The notes under the pieces are model-generated. The model searched no databases, was not told where the DNA came from, and was given only the letters and a program-made list of their open reading frames with translations. This document shows positions 8,599 through 18,056 of a stretch of 59,880 bases of DNA, one piece after another. Position 1 is the stretch's first letter. The number at the start of each line of letters is the position of its first letter. Source of the DNA: a virus (taxonomy: Duplodnaviria; Caudoviricetes); the IMG/VR virus record IMGVR_UViG_3300030419_004277, positions 1 to 59,880 of that record; one strand, written 5' to 3'. Both the position numbers and the translations under genes were made by a program.

Positions 8599-10008
8599 CT
8601 AAGAACATATTTTAACTATCCAATCAGAAGCCATAGTTTTACTTGGGTTTAGTTTACTTCTAACAACACGAATTGCTTCTTTCCACATATCATTGTTAGG
8701 AACACATACATCGTATGAGTTTAATTCTAATAAGTTATTTCTCTCCACAGAATTTAAGGACTTTACATACTCTGTCAAGTCATAACCCCAATCCCTTACA
8801 AATTCTCTATTTGAAACACCAGTCCATATTCTCATCATTCTACCTAAAGTTTGTATTGGAGTATCAACTATTTCTTTAGATTTTAGATTTGAACTTGTCT
8901 TTTTATCTGTTTTTCTAAAAGAAAAATAGCTTTTAATATTGTGGACATTCATTCCACACTTCCCCTTGTTCACAAAAAGGACAATATTTGATGGATGATC
9001 TGGATTGTTTAAGTTTTTAATCAATGTTTCCTCATCTGACCTTTCATATGATAACTCATAGGTGCCATTGTTAAAATTTGTATTTACAATATTTACATAT
9101 CCCTTGAAATTATTTGTGATTTGAACTATAGTTTGTGAGGTAAAATCCCCCAAACTAACATATTCACTCTTTAGCAACCCAAGTATATTTTCTATTGTAT
9201 AACCCATTGAACCATTTGCTGCTTCACAACTTATCATCATTGTTCTTTTTCCAAAGAGATTATTCTTCTCAATATGTTTATTAAAAAACTCAGAAAATAT
9301 GTGACCTACTTCATACGCATTTTCAATATCAAAATAGGTTACGCCACCCATCCATCCACAAACACTAATGATTTCATTCGTTGATGGGTAAGTATTAATG
9401 ATTTTGAACTTCATGTCACCAACAGGCTGAAGAAGATGTTTGTGTTCATTAGTAGGAGTTGCGGTTGTTCCAAAAACATAAGGAGTTGTGGCTGAAACTT
9501 TAGCAACCATTTTATATAAAACACCACCATATAGAGCATTATAATTACCAGTTACGTCTTTATAATTTTCAGGACTTGAACACCCCAACCAAGTATGAGG
9601 TTCATCTACAAACCAAGATGTTTTATATCCAATGCTAACAATCACATCAAGAAAGTGTTGATTTTGTAATATCATCTGATGAGTTACAGGAAGGAAAACT
9701 TTAAATCCTTGACCAAGATAATATAGTGCTTCATCTAAGTCTTTACAAAGTTGAACATTATTAGTCATCCTTAAAACCGCACACGCATCATCTTGATTAT
9801 AAACCTCTGTAGTTGGATATGAAAAGATAACCAAGTCTAAATCTTTTTTATTAAATAAATGTGGGATAAAAGTATTGAAAGTCGTATAGGTCTTACCTAA
9901 ACCGGTAGTACCGACAATCATATTAAAGACATTATTATCAGTAGAAAAACTCTTTTCAGTAATTCTTTTCATGAAAGGTTTTATTAAGTATTTATCGTTT
10001 AGATTCAT
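8599..10008 (-). CDS. superfamily 2 helicase/ATPase-like protein
   Basis: GTTGLGKT Walker A, VDEPH Walker B, TAT motif III, QTLGRMMR motif VI. Confidence 0.8.
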   Translation of the reverse strand: MNLNDKYLIKPFMKRITEKSFSTDNNVFNMIVGTTGLGKTYTTFNTFIPHLFNKKDLDLVIFSYPTTEVYNQDDACAVLRMTNNVQLCKDLDEALYYLGQGFKVFLPVTHQMILQNQHFLDVIVSIGYKTSWFVDEPHTWLGCSSPENYKDVTGNYNALYGGVLYKMVAKVSATTPYVFGTTATPTNEHKHLLQPVGDMKFKIINTYPSTNEIISVCGWMGGVTYFDIENAYEVGHIFSEFFNKHIEKNNLFGKRTMMISCEAANGSMGYTIENILGLLKSEYVSLGDFTSQTIVQITNNFKGYVNIVNTNFNNGTYELSYERSDEETLIKNLNNPDHPSNIVLFVNKGKCGMNVHNIKSYFSFRKTDKKTSSNLKSKEIVDTPIQTLGRMMRIWTGVSNREFVRDWGYDLTEYVKSLNSVERNNLLELNSYDVCVPNNDMWKEAIRVVRSKLNPSKTMASDWIVKICS

Positions 10009-10036
10009 GATTTATTATCCTTATTAATTATAACTA

Positions 10037-10066
10037 AAGCTAATGATAAAACACTATACGAGTCAA
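10037..10066 (-). promoter_or_regulatory. sigma70-type promoter TTGACT-N18-TAGCTT
   Basis: repeated motif upstream of the helicase gene. Confidence 0.75.
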
Positions 10067-10097
10067 GTCTTTTTTGCATTAATCTCCAAATAAGTCT

Positions 10098-11042
10098 TTA
10101 AATGTTATGTAACTCCATGTACTTTTTTACAGCAAGTTCTTTGTGTTTTGCCTCAATCATAATATCAACATCATTACCATAAGTGTCAATATAATCGTAG
10201 ACATAATCAGAATGGGCTTGAGGTCTAATTGACTCGTCAAGTCGTTCCTTACTGCGACTCTCGCTATAATGGACAACTGGTGTAATCCCCTCAGGCCAAG
10301 TTGATATAGCCATCTCCAAAGCCTCTTGTTCACTAAGCCCACCATCACAAAACCTGTGGTGATGGTAGTCAAACACGATGGGCACGCCAATATTTTTGTA
10401 CACTCCATTGTATAACTCCTTTACTGAATACATTGTTTGTTTGTCATCATTCTCTACCGTAAGACGAGATTTAACTCTGTTAGGTAGTCTTTCAAAATTT
10501 TTACAAAATCTCTCCATTGATTTAGGTTTATCGCCATATGCTCCACCAATATGAATATTGATTTTGTTGTATGGTGTACGACTCAAATTCATCATATCAA
10601 ACACATCACCGTGCATTGTCAAATCACCGATACAATTCTCAACAACATGGTCGTGTGGTGATGTTAGAACATTGAAAGGACCAGGATGAGATGTAATTCT
10701 AACGCCGTGTGTATCAACCTTAACACCAGCAGAATGTAAATACATCTTAATTTGTTTTAGGTCTTTTAAGTCTGTCCATTCATATTCAGACTTCCAAGGT
10801 GCTAGTCCACTTGTGATACGAAAAAACTTGTAACCATTTAGTATGTTCCAATCTATAATCTTATCTAAGTCCATAGAATTTGCTAGCGTAAGTTCACTAG
10901 CATAATCAACACCTTTAGTATCAAAGGTTCTCTTAATCATACTACGACCTGTAGTGATTGGTTTTACTCCTTTTTCTTTTCCACCCCACATTTGTGGATA
11001 AGAAAGTTGCATATTTATACACGCATAACCAAATTTATTCAA
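10098..11042 (-). CDS. uvsE: UV damage endonuclease
   Basis: GYACIN, FFRITS, SHPGPF, ENDD, FDYHHH, HYSES, HSDY, MIEAKHKE. Confidence 0.93.
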   Translation of the reverse strand: MNKFGYACINMQLSYPQMWGGKEKGVKPITTGRSMIKRTFDTKGVDYASELTLANSMDLDKIIDWNILNGYKFFRITSGLAPWKSEYEWTDLKDLKQIKMYLHSAGVKVDTHGVRITSHPGPFNVLTSPHDHVVENCIGDLTMHGDVFDMMNLSRTPYNKINIHIGGAYGDKPKSMERFCKNFERLPNRVKSRLTVENDDKQTMYSVKELYNGVYKNIGVPIVFDYHHHRFCDGGLSEQEALEMAISTWPEGITPVVHYSESRSKERLDESIRPQAHSDYVYDYIDTYGNDVDIMIEAKHKELAVKKYMELHNI

Positions 11043-11154
11043 TATTCTGGTCTCCTTCCAAAGTTATTTTTATCTATTCTTTTTTTCAAATGTTTCTTAT
11101 ATCTATGTAATAATATAAGGTTTTTTATTGACTTAATCAAGCTTTTTATCATTA

Positions 11155-11943
11155 TTAATTACCAAATAACTCTTTGAAGGCTTTATTAGCGGCTTTTGAT
11201 TGTTTAATTTTTTCTTGATTATCTTTATCTATCTTTTCCATCTCTTCTTTGGGTTTACCATTACCAAATTCTGTATTATATGGATATTGGTCGTGGTCGC
11301 CTCTAGCCCATTCATCATATTCAATCTTACTAGCCATCATATCAGCTTGGTGTAGAATATAAGCAATATTGGTCGCCAACTGATTGTCTTTGCTCCAATT
11401 CATGTAGTAAGTCTTGTTAGCTTCTTCATATAATCCGTCTGTCAATCTTAACCCAATATACTCATTCTCTGACATATTGATACCAAAATGTTGAAGTAAC
11501 CAACAGGCTCTATCAGTAACGGTCATATATTGTAACTTTGGGTTGTGTTTATAAATCATACCTTGATTCTTTCTGTGCCAGTCTGAATCATTATGTATAT
11601 AGTTATCCTCTGTTAAGTCTCCAACTTTACCTAAGTCGTGATGAAGAGCAGCAAATACAAGTTCTTCTTTTGTAAAGTTATTAACTGTAGCGCCATTCTT
11701 TTCCCAAACATCATATAATTGTTGGGCAAAATCAGTAATGTGTAAAATATGTTCTACATATCCACCAGGATGGGCATTGTGAAAATGTTCCTTACCACTA
11801 GCAGGTGCCAAACACATTCTTTCTTCAAAGTAGTCATACATCTCGTTCATTCTTTCAAGCCTCTCTCCGCTAAAATTATCAGTAATGATACTTCTTAATT
11901 TACTCCAATTATCTTGAATTTGTTCTGGTGTTAGTTCTTTCAT
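11155..11943 (-). CDS. HD-domain phosphohydrolase
   Basis: APAS...H.AHPGGYVEH, ALHHDLGKVG, LHQAD. Confidence 0.85.
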   Translation of the reverse strand: MKELTPEQIQDNWSKLRSIITDNFSGERLERMNEMYDYFEERMCLAPASGKEHFHNAHPGGYVEHILHITDFAQQLYDVWEKNGATVNNFTKEELVFAALHHDLGKVGDLTEDNYIHNDSDWHRKNQGMIYKHNPKLQYMTVTDRACWLLQHFGINMSENEYIGLRLTDGLYEEANKTYYMNWSKDNQLATNIAYILHQADMMASKIEYDEWARGDHDQYPYNTEFGNGKPKEEMEKIDKDNQEKIKQSKAANKAFKELFGN

Positions 11944-11959
11944 TATAACCTCTTATTAT

Positions 11960-12583
11960 TTACCAAAATGTTTTAATACCTAAAAGTCCTAATATATCGC
12001 TATTTACATAGGTATCAACAACTAAATGTATCCTATCAACATCACTATTGTTTTGTACAGCGTGTGGCGCTCGGACATCTACATAGTAATAATGACCTAC
12101 TTCGAGATAGTTAGTTAACTTTTCTCTACTCTCCCAAAGATAAAATTCTACTTGGTCGTTAGTTCTAATCGGAACATGGATTCTAACAATCTTACCATCT
12201 TCTAATCCAAAGTCCTTATCAATTTTATCTGAGTGTTTTCCAATACCTGAGTTAGCTTTTATCTTCATCAATCTAACTCTTTCGAATGTCGATGGTATCT
12301 TTGCCAATACATCGTTGATAACTTGAAATCCCATTTCATTTATTAACGAAGTGTCTTGTAATTTTGCTTGTTCGTTAACTCCACTTTTCAACACATTTGG
12401 TTTTAGAATATCCAACGGGTCTGGTCCGTAACCTCGCAAAGATATTGCTGTCCAATCATCACCCTTACTATATTTTGTTTTAACCTTAGAAAATTCTGTG
12501 TTATCTATATAATCTAAAACGCCATTGAAGTTTAATAATGATGGTTCAATATCTAAATGTTTTATTACACCTAAGTCACTCAT
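11960..12583 (-). CDS. aspartyl/asparaginyl beta-hydroxylase family 2OG-Fe(II) oxygenase
   Basis: RVRLM...IGKHSD...RIHVPI.TN...HAVQNNSDVDRIHLVVD. Confidence 0.85.
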   Translation of the reverse strand: MSDLGVIKHLDIEPSLLNFNGVLDYIDNTEFSKVKTKYSKGDDWTAISLRGYGPDPLDILKPNVLKSGVNEQAKLQDTSLINEMGFQVINDVLAKIPSTFERVRLMKIKANSGIGKHSDKIDKDFGLEDGKIVRIHVPIRTNDQVEFYLWESREKLTNYLEVGHYYYVDVRAPHAVQNNSDVDRIHLVVDTYVNSDILGLLGIKTFW

Positions 12584-12801
12584 ATTACTCTTTCATCTAT
12601 CTTATTTTTTGGATTAGTTTTATTTCGTAGTGAGCGTAACTCTAAGAGTTGTTCTTCCATCTCAACACAAAGTTTGTATGCTCTATTTATAACTTGATTT
12701 GCCTGTTGTAAACTTGTTTGAAATAAAGCCCATAATAAAATAAAACCAAGAATGAAACCACCAGTAAAATTTATTATATCTTTTCTTTTATTTGTATTCA
12801 T
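12580..12801 (-). CDS. small membrane protein
   Basis: single TM segment FTGGFILGFILLWALF. Confidence 0.6.
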   Translation of the reverse strand: MNTNKRKDIINFTGGFILGFILLWALFQTSLQQANQVINRAYKLCVEMEEQLLELRSLRNKTNPKNKIDERVI

Positions 12802-13273
12802 ATCCCTCGTAGTGTGGTTTTTGCTCTAGTAAATATACTTTACCTTTAACTTGTTTTGTCTTTCCCCACTCTATGTCACTAACAACCCTAAATCCATAGT
12901 TTTCATAAAAAGCCCTAGCTCTATCATTCTCTGAACGAACCGAAAGTAAAACATCCCTCTCAAAGTTACCATCATTAATAAACTTCTCAAAAACTTTTTT
13001 AGCACTTCCATTACCTTGGTCACGAGCAGCAATTTGGTGTAATATACAATCACCCTTTTGTGCTTGATATTCACCGACTTTTTGTTTTCTTTTATATCGA
13101 TTCCAAGTTATCAAAACTCCATCTTCCCAAACGACATTTTTACTATCAATCATTCTTTTTATTTTATCTCCACGAATGTGTGGAAAGTAGGCTTTGTGTA
13201 ACTTGAATACATCCATTATTTGGTTGTAATCATCCTCTGTGGCGTGACTTAAAACTTTATGTATTCTATCCAT
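12788..13273 (-). CDS. GNAT family N-acetyltransferase
   Basis: QGNGSAK acetyl-CoA motif, LSVRSENDRARAFYENYGF. Confidence 0.88.
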   Translation of the reverse strand: MDRIHKVLSHATEDDYNQIMDVFKLHKAYFPHIRGDKIKRMIDSKNVVWEDGVLITWNRYKRKQKVGEYQAQKGDCILHQIAARDQGNGSAKKVFEKFINDGNFERDVLLSVRSENDRARAFYENYGFRVVSDIEWGKTKQVKGKVYLLEQKPHYEGYEYK

Positions 13274-14877
13274 TATGGTTTGTGAAAAATAAATATTGGT
13301 TCATATTTTAGTGTTACTCCATCTACATCAACTTTGTTTTTTACATTTGACTGGTCAACACCTATCATAGATGCCATAATCATTTTTAACTTACCTTTAT
13401 ACTGACCACCAAGTGCTTCTATAATATCAATAGAATCTTGCTCAAGTGGATGAAAATTATTTCCACTTAACTTTATGTCGGCGATATTCCAAAGTAAATA
13501 TCTATCACTTTTTAGACTCTCGTAAGCATTTGTTAATGTTGGTTTTAGGAAGTTATCTCTCCAATCGTGATACATCGGATAAGCCTTAAATGATTGTTCG
13601 TCATCATCAGAATATTGTTCTCTATCAAAATAAGGTGGTGAAGTAAATACCATATCTAACTTACCTTTGTATTGTTGAAAGTCAGGATGGTCACCAATAT
13701 GTTCAGAACCTAACTGAAAATAATGATAGGTATTCTTTGACTCTTCCCAAAATGGATTTGTTTCTAAACCGTGTTCATTAAAAAAGTCAGCAACATATTC
13801 GTATCTTGACTTATCTATCTCGTCTATCCAATTATCTGTATTCGGGTCTGTTCCAATATAATGTATTTTTTTCTTGGAAGCCATAGCACCAAGAATCCTA
13901 CCACCCCAACCACTTGAAGGATCGTAAATGTTAAGCGGTTCATCTTGTTCAATGTGGTCTGTATATTTTTCATACAGAAGTCTTGCTGTAAGTGGTGGAA
14001 AATTAACTGCTGGTTGTGAGTTCAAACTCAATCTAAATATCTGAAATGCTTTTGGAAACAATCTAGTCTTCAAATCATAATACCTAATCATGAAAACATT
14101 TTTTCTAACATTACCACCTTTTGTGGATACAGTATCAGTTAGGTCTTCCACAGATAATTTTGTTTTCAGAGTAGGGCACCATAAGTTAGTCACCATCTCA
14201 TCTGTGATTAATCCTTTGTCATAACCCAATTTTATTTCATCAGCATTTAATGTGACATAATGTTTAAGATATTTTTCTTGATGTGACTTAGCAATCCACA
14301 ACCTATGATTCTTAAACTTTAATTTGTTGTCTCGATAATATTCTAACCAAGTTAAGGCATCTTCTCCATTCCAATAAGGCAATTTATTCTTTGTATTTTC
14401 TTTCCTATCTAATGAAATAGACTTACTAAAAGTATACATTGAATCTCTACGAAGACCTCTTCTCATAGCTTTATAAAATAAATCTTTATTTACATCCTCT
14501 TTTATTCTGTCATAAATAGAATTTAATCCATCTCCCATATCTCCGATACGAGTCTTTAACATTGTAGGAAAGAACTGATTTACACCATTCGCAAACTTAT
14601 TAAAGTTTCTGATTACATTTCTTTGTCCATCATCAGCTTTTTCTATAAAGCCGTGTATGTCATATTCTCTCAGTTTTTTAAATGACTTAATTATGTCCTC
14701 GATTGATTGACCAACCATAGGAGGCGTTCCTCGCTCATCCCAATCTTCAATTATATATTGACGAACTTGTTCTATCCAATCATCAAGCTGCTCATCAGTT
14801 TTACAAAATAACTCATGATATGTAATATTGATTTTTGAATCTAAAATACCACTCTTTTCGTAGTAGTATTTATTCAC
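13273..14877 (-). CDS. DNA amino-methyltransferase (second paralog)
   Basis: YDPSSGWGGRILG and FTSPPYFDREQY. Confidence 0.85.
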   Translation of the reverse strand: MNKYYYEKSGILDSKINITYHELFCKTDEQLDDWIEQVRQYIIEDWDERGTPPMVGQSIEDIIKSFKKLREYDIHGFIEKADDGQRNVIRNFNKFANGVNQFFPTMLKTRIGDMGDGLNSIYDRIKEDVNKDLFYKAMRRGLRRDSMYTFSKSISLDRKENTKNKLPYWNGEDALTWLEYYRDNKLKFKNHRLWIAKSHQEKYLKHYVTLNADEIKLGYDKGLITDEMVTNLWCPTLKTKLSVEDLTDTVSTKGGNVRKNVFMIRYYDLKTRLFPKAFQIFRLSLNSQPAVNFPPLTARLLYEKYTDHIEQDEPLNIYDPSSGWGGRILGAMASKKKIHYIGTDPNTDNWIDEIDKSRYEYVADFFNEHGLETNPFWEESKNTYHYFQLGSEHIGDHPDFQQYKGKLDMVFTSPPYFDREQYSDDDEQSFKAYPMYHDWRDNFLKPTLTNAYESLKSDRYLLWNIADIKLSGNNFHPLEQDSIDIIEALGGQYKGKLKMIMASMIGVDQSNVKNKVDVDGVTLKYEPIFIFHKP

Positions 14878-15043
14878 CAGTCACCTCTTGTAAATTTTCT
14901 ATTGTTACAAGTTTACCTAAGTGACTCATATTTTCAAGATACTTAATAGCATCTTCTTTACTTTCAGCCAAAAATATAAAACCCTCGTTGGTTGTCCATT
15001 TTTTGTAATGAACGAACTGCTTATTGGTGTTTTTCTTTGTCAT
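14870..15043 (-). CDS. small hypothetical protein (not in ORF track)
   Basis: MTKKNTNKQFVHYKKWTTNEGFIFLAESKEDAIKYLENMSHLGKLVTIENLQEVTGE; GAGGA RBS; TTGACA-N17-TAAATT promoter at 15067-15095. Confidence 0.6.
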   Translation of the reverse strand: MTKKNTNKQFVHYKKWTTNEGFIFLAESKEDAIKYLENMSHLGKLVTIENLQEVTGE

Positions 15044-15072
15044 GGTTTATCCTCATTGTTTCTATTAATTTA

Positions 15073-15777
15073 CTAAGATTTTGGTAATTTGTCAAGCACT
15101 TTTTTCTTAAATTCTACAATACCATCAGCTAAATTTGCTTCCCAATCTTCGTGTGCCTGTTCATCTGCACCATCAGTAATATACTTAAATGATATAAAAG
15201 GAACATCATATAAATAACAAACCTTGGCTAGAGCATATGCTTCCATATCCACAACTTCACCATAGTAATTAGTTTTATCTTCTACAAAATTATCTCCTGT
15301 ACCACAAGTTGCATTTCTTCCAATTGGATTAAATTCTATATTTTGTTGTTGTATAATAACAGGTGGATCTTGTTCGAATGGCGTCTCACCTCTCATAAAT
15401 CCTAGACCTGTAACATCCATATCTCTTTGTACAAACTTTGTACAATCAACAAGCGTTTTTCTTTTTATTTTACGACTACCAGCAGTTCCATAGTTGATTA
15501 TCAAACTATAAGGAATATGGCTACCGTGTTTACCAAAATGTTTTGTTAATTCATATGTAGCATTTACTTTGCCGACACCTGTGTACAAAACATTGTAATC
15601 TTTTAACTTACCTTGTGTCTCTACTTCAAGAGCAGATACTATTAATATTTTTTTCTCTAAATTTCCATAACTCATAAGATTCTTATTCCCTTTTGTATGT
15701 TTAGGTTCGTATGGACACATTAAACAACCATGTCCACAACAATAACCTCTTTGTATTAAAAACTCTCTTGATAACAT
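15073..15777 (-). CDS. mtnN: MTA/SAH nucleosidase (PNP_UDP_1) with N-terminal Cys-rich DUF5522-like extension
   Basis: TGVGKVNA, NYGTAG, TGDNF, VDMEAYA, KYITD; N-terminal RGYCCGHGCLMCPY. Confidence 0.8.
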   Translation of the reverse strand: MLSREFLIQRGYCCGHGCLMCPYEPKHTKGNKNLMSYGNLEKKILIVSALEVETQGKLKDYNVLYTGVGKVNATYELTKHFGKHGSHIPYSLIINYGTAGSRKIKRKTLVDCTKFVQRDMDVTGLGFMRGETPFEQDPPVIIQQQNIEFNPIGRNATCGTGDNFVEDKTNYYGEVVDMEAYALAKVCYLYDVPFISFKYITDGADEQAHEDWEANLADGIVEFKKKVLDKLPKS

Positions 15778-16502
15778 TAGTCATGACTTAAATCTACTTT
15801 ATGTTCATCTTCATATGTTTTTAAAATTCTTTTTACCAACGGATGCCTAACACAATCCTCTCTATTAAATGCCATATGATTTACGCCTTTTACACCTTTT
15901 AATCTAAACCACACATCGTAGAATCCACTCTTCTCGTAATTAGTGGCACCATTTGTTTTGTATTTATCACATTGACTCATATCACCTTGAATAATCATTT
16001 TACAATTATCTGATATTCTGGTCATTAGGGTTTTGATTTGCATTGGTGATACATTTTGAGCTTCATCTAATATTACATAACAATTTTCTAAGTTAACTCC
16101 TCTTAGAAAGTTTAACACTCCAATTTCCAATTTACCATCAGAAATCATCTTTGTGGCTCTAGCTTTACCAATAATTTTATCTAAAATTGTAAATGTAGAT
16201 TCGTTATATTGTTGTATCTTCGCTGATAACTCACCTGGTAAAAAACCTAACTTATCTTCGTTGCCAACATCTACTGTTGGATTTATTATTATTAGTTTTT
16301 TATATGGTGTTCCCCTTCTCAAAACATCTTGTAGAGCTTTATAAACAGACACATAAGTTTTGCCTGTTCCGGCTATTCCGTGACATAAAATAAGTTGAGT
16401 TTCATCATCACCAATTATGTTGTAAAATAAATTTTGATTACTTGTTTTAGGAGCAAAATTATTAACGATTTTAGGTATTACTCCAAGTTGTTTTTTATCC
16501 AT
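15777..16502 (-). CDS. phoH: PhoH-like ATPase
   Basis: GIAGTGKT, LGFLPG, FLRG, ILDEAQN, GDMSQCD, VRHPLV. Confidence 0.93.
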   Translation of the reverse strand: MDKKQLGVIPKIVNNFAPKTSNQNLFYNIIGDDETQLILCHGIAGTGKTYVSVYKALQDVLRRGTPYKKLIIINPTVDVGNEDKLGFLPGELSAKIQQYNESTFTILDKIIGKARATKMISDGKLEIGVLNFLRGVNLENCYVILDEAQNVSPMQIKTLMTRISDNCKMIIQGDMSQCDKYKTNGATNYEKSGFYDVWFRLKGVKGVNHMAFNREDCVRHPLVKRILKTYEDEHKVDLSHD

Positions 16503-17010
16503 ATTGTATTAAACTTTTAACTTCTGATGTAAACCAATCAACTCTCGGAACATATTGTAAATCAATTAAAACTAATTTATCTATCACTAAATAACCAGCA
16601 GCTCTACACAAATTGTTTACTGTTTGTAAAGTTCCACCAGTGGCTAAAACATCGTCAACTATTATTACTTTACCATTCCCACTTTTCATTTCTAATTCAT
16701 CTGTACTATATTCAGTTTTATACTTGTAACTTACAGTAGGACCTGGTAACTTACCTCTCTTCCTACACATTAAAACTCCACCACCAAATATGATTGAAAG
16801 TGCGGAGGCAAATATAAAACCCCTAGCATCTACCCCAACCCAATAATCTGGTTTTTCATCTGATGGATGAGGTTCAATTAAATTACCCATATCTTTCACA
16901 GCAGACCTAAATGTTTCTTGATTTCCTAATAATTCCGATATGTCTTTAAACGACACACCATCTATTGGAAAATCAGGTACTTCTTTTATATATTTCTTAT
17001 ACCCATCCAT
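16495..17010 (-). CDS. apt: adenine phosphoribosyltransferase
   Basis: PDFPIDGVSFKDI, DARGF, RKRGKLPG, IVDDVLATGGT. Confidence 0.93.
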   Translation of the reverse strand: MDGYKKYIKEVPDFPIDGVSFKDISELLGNQETFRSAVKDMGNLIEPHPSDEKPDYWVGVDARGFIFASALSIIFGGGVLMCRKRGKLPGPTVSYKYKTEYSTDELEMKSGNGKVIIVDDVLATGGTLQTVNNLCRAAGYLVIDKLVLIDLQYVPRVDWFTSEVKSLIQYG

Positions 17011-17704
17011 GTGCTTTACTCCATATTTTTGTTGTTTTTGGAAATGTTTGATTCATAAATTTTAATAAAACCTTTGCATATTCTTGTATTTCTATTTGTG
17101 CTGTTTTTTCATTTCTTAACTCTATAAAGTTCATAACGGCTTGAAATGATGCCGTCCAATATACTTCAGTATATAAAGTTAATGGCAATATACATCTGGC
17201 TTGTTCTTTTGCCATACCTTTTTCAATTAAACCTTGATAAGATGTTAATGCCATATAATGTGATTGTTTCCATTTAGCTTGAATATCTAGAAGTTCATCT
17301 CTATCTTCAAAATGCCCCTCACTGGCTTGTTTATTGTCTTTTGATTGTTTTCTCCAAACATCAGGCTCGTAAAAATCTTGATATTGAACATAACGACCAC
17401 TTATTTCATTCCAAGCGTGATCTTTAACAGAACTATTAGATGTGGTTTCGATACCTACAATATGTTTGTACCATTGTCTCATTACAAACTCAGGTGCTTT
17501 GATGTGAAACTGAATCTGTAAATGTCTAAATGGAGAATAGTGTTTATGTTTAGCGAGATAATTAACCAGCTTTTCATCTGATTTATCCCAATATTTTTTT
17601 CTTTTACCGAATGATACACGAGCTGAATTGACAACTGTTAAATCATTTCCTAATGAATCTACAACCTCAACAAAACCCTTGTCTAAAACATTAATTTTTA
17701 GCAT
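16997..17704 (-). CDS. thyX: FAD-dependent thymidylate synthase
   Basis: ARVSF, HYSPF, RQWYKH, NEISGRY, KEQARCILP, AQIEI. Confidence 0.93.
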   Translation of the reverse strand: MLKINVLDKGFVEVVDSLGNDLTVVNSARVSFGKRKKYWDKSDEKLVNYLAKHKHYSPFRHLQIQFHIKAPEFVMRQWYKHIVGIETTSNSSVKDHAWNEISGRYVQYQDFYEPDVWRKQSKDNKQASEGHFEDRDELLDIQAKWKQSHYMALTSYQGLIEKGMAKEQARCILPLTLYTEVYWTASFQAVMNFIELRNEKTAQIEIQEYAKVLLKFMNQTFPKTTKIWSKAHGWV

Positions 17705-17711
17705 TAAAACC

Positions 17712-17813
17712 TCATCGTCTTTTTTTGAAATATACTTTTGGTGGTCCTACTCTTTTTTTTAATTCTAATAATGTCGTTTTTTTGGACATTTTACCTTTTT
17801 GTTTTTTTGTCAT
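17712..17813 (-). CDS. small basic protein (not in ORF track)
   Basis: 33 aa MTKKQKGKMSKKTTLLELKKRVGPPKVYFKKRR; ATGA overlap with the SelW-like stop. Confidence 0.4.
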   Translation of the reverse strand: MTKKQKGKMSKKTTLLELKKRVGPPKVYFKKRR

Positions 17814-18043
17814 GTTACTTTTTGATAGCCCTCTAATAAATCCTCTATTTCATTTTTAGTTGGAAACCTACCTAAATCTTTTTTACTAAAAATTAAGCTG
17901 TTATTTAGTGTGACTTCGAATACACCACCAGAACTTTCAATCATTTTGGCTTTAATACCAAATTGTTTTTTTAGTGATTCTCTCAAACTGAGAGCTCTAG
18001 GTTCATAGTTTCACATCATACAATATTCAATTGTAATGTCCAT
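17810..18043 (-). CDS. SelW/SelT/SelH (Rdx) family selenoprotein, CxxU; in-frame TGA at 18011-18013
   Basis: AGGAG RBS; MDITIEYCMM-U-NYEPRALSLRESLKKQFGIKAKMIESSGGVFEVTLNNSLIFSKKDLGRFPTKNEIEDLLEGYQKVT; Rdx signatures I-E-Y-C-x-x-U-x-Y, GGxFEV, FSK-x4-RFP. Confidence 0.9.
17980..17994 (-). promoter_or_regulatory. putative bacterial SECIS hairpin
   Basis: CUCUCA-GUU-UGAGAG; loop G 22 nt 3' of the UGA. Confidence 0.7.
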
Positions 18044-18056
18044 TGTGTCTCCTATG

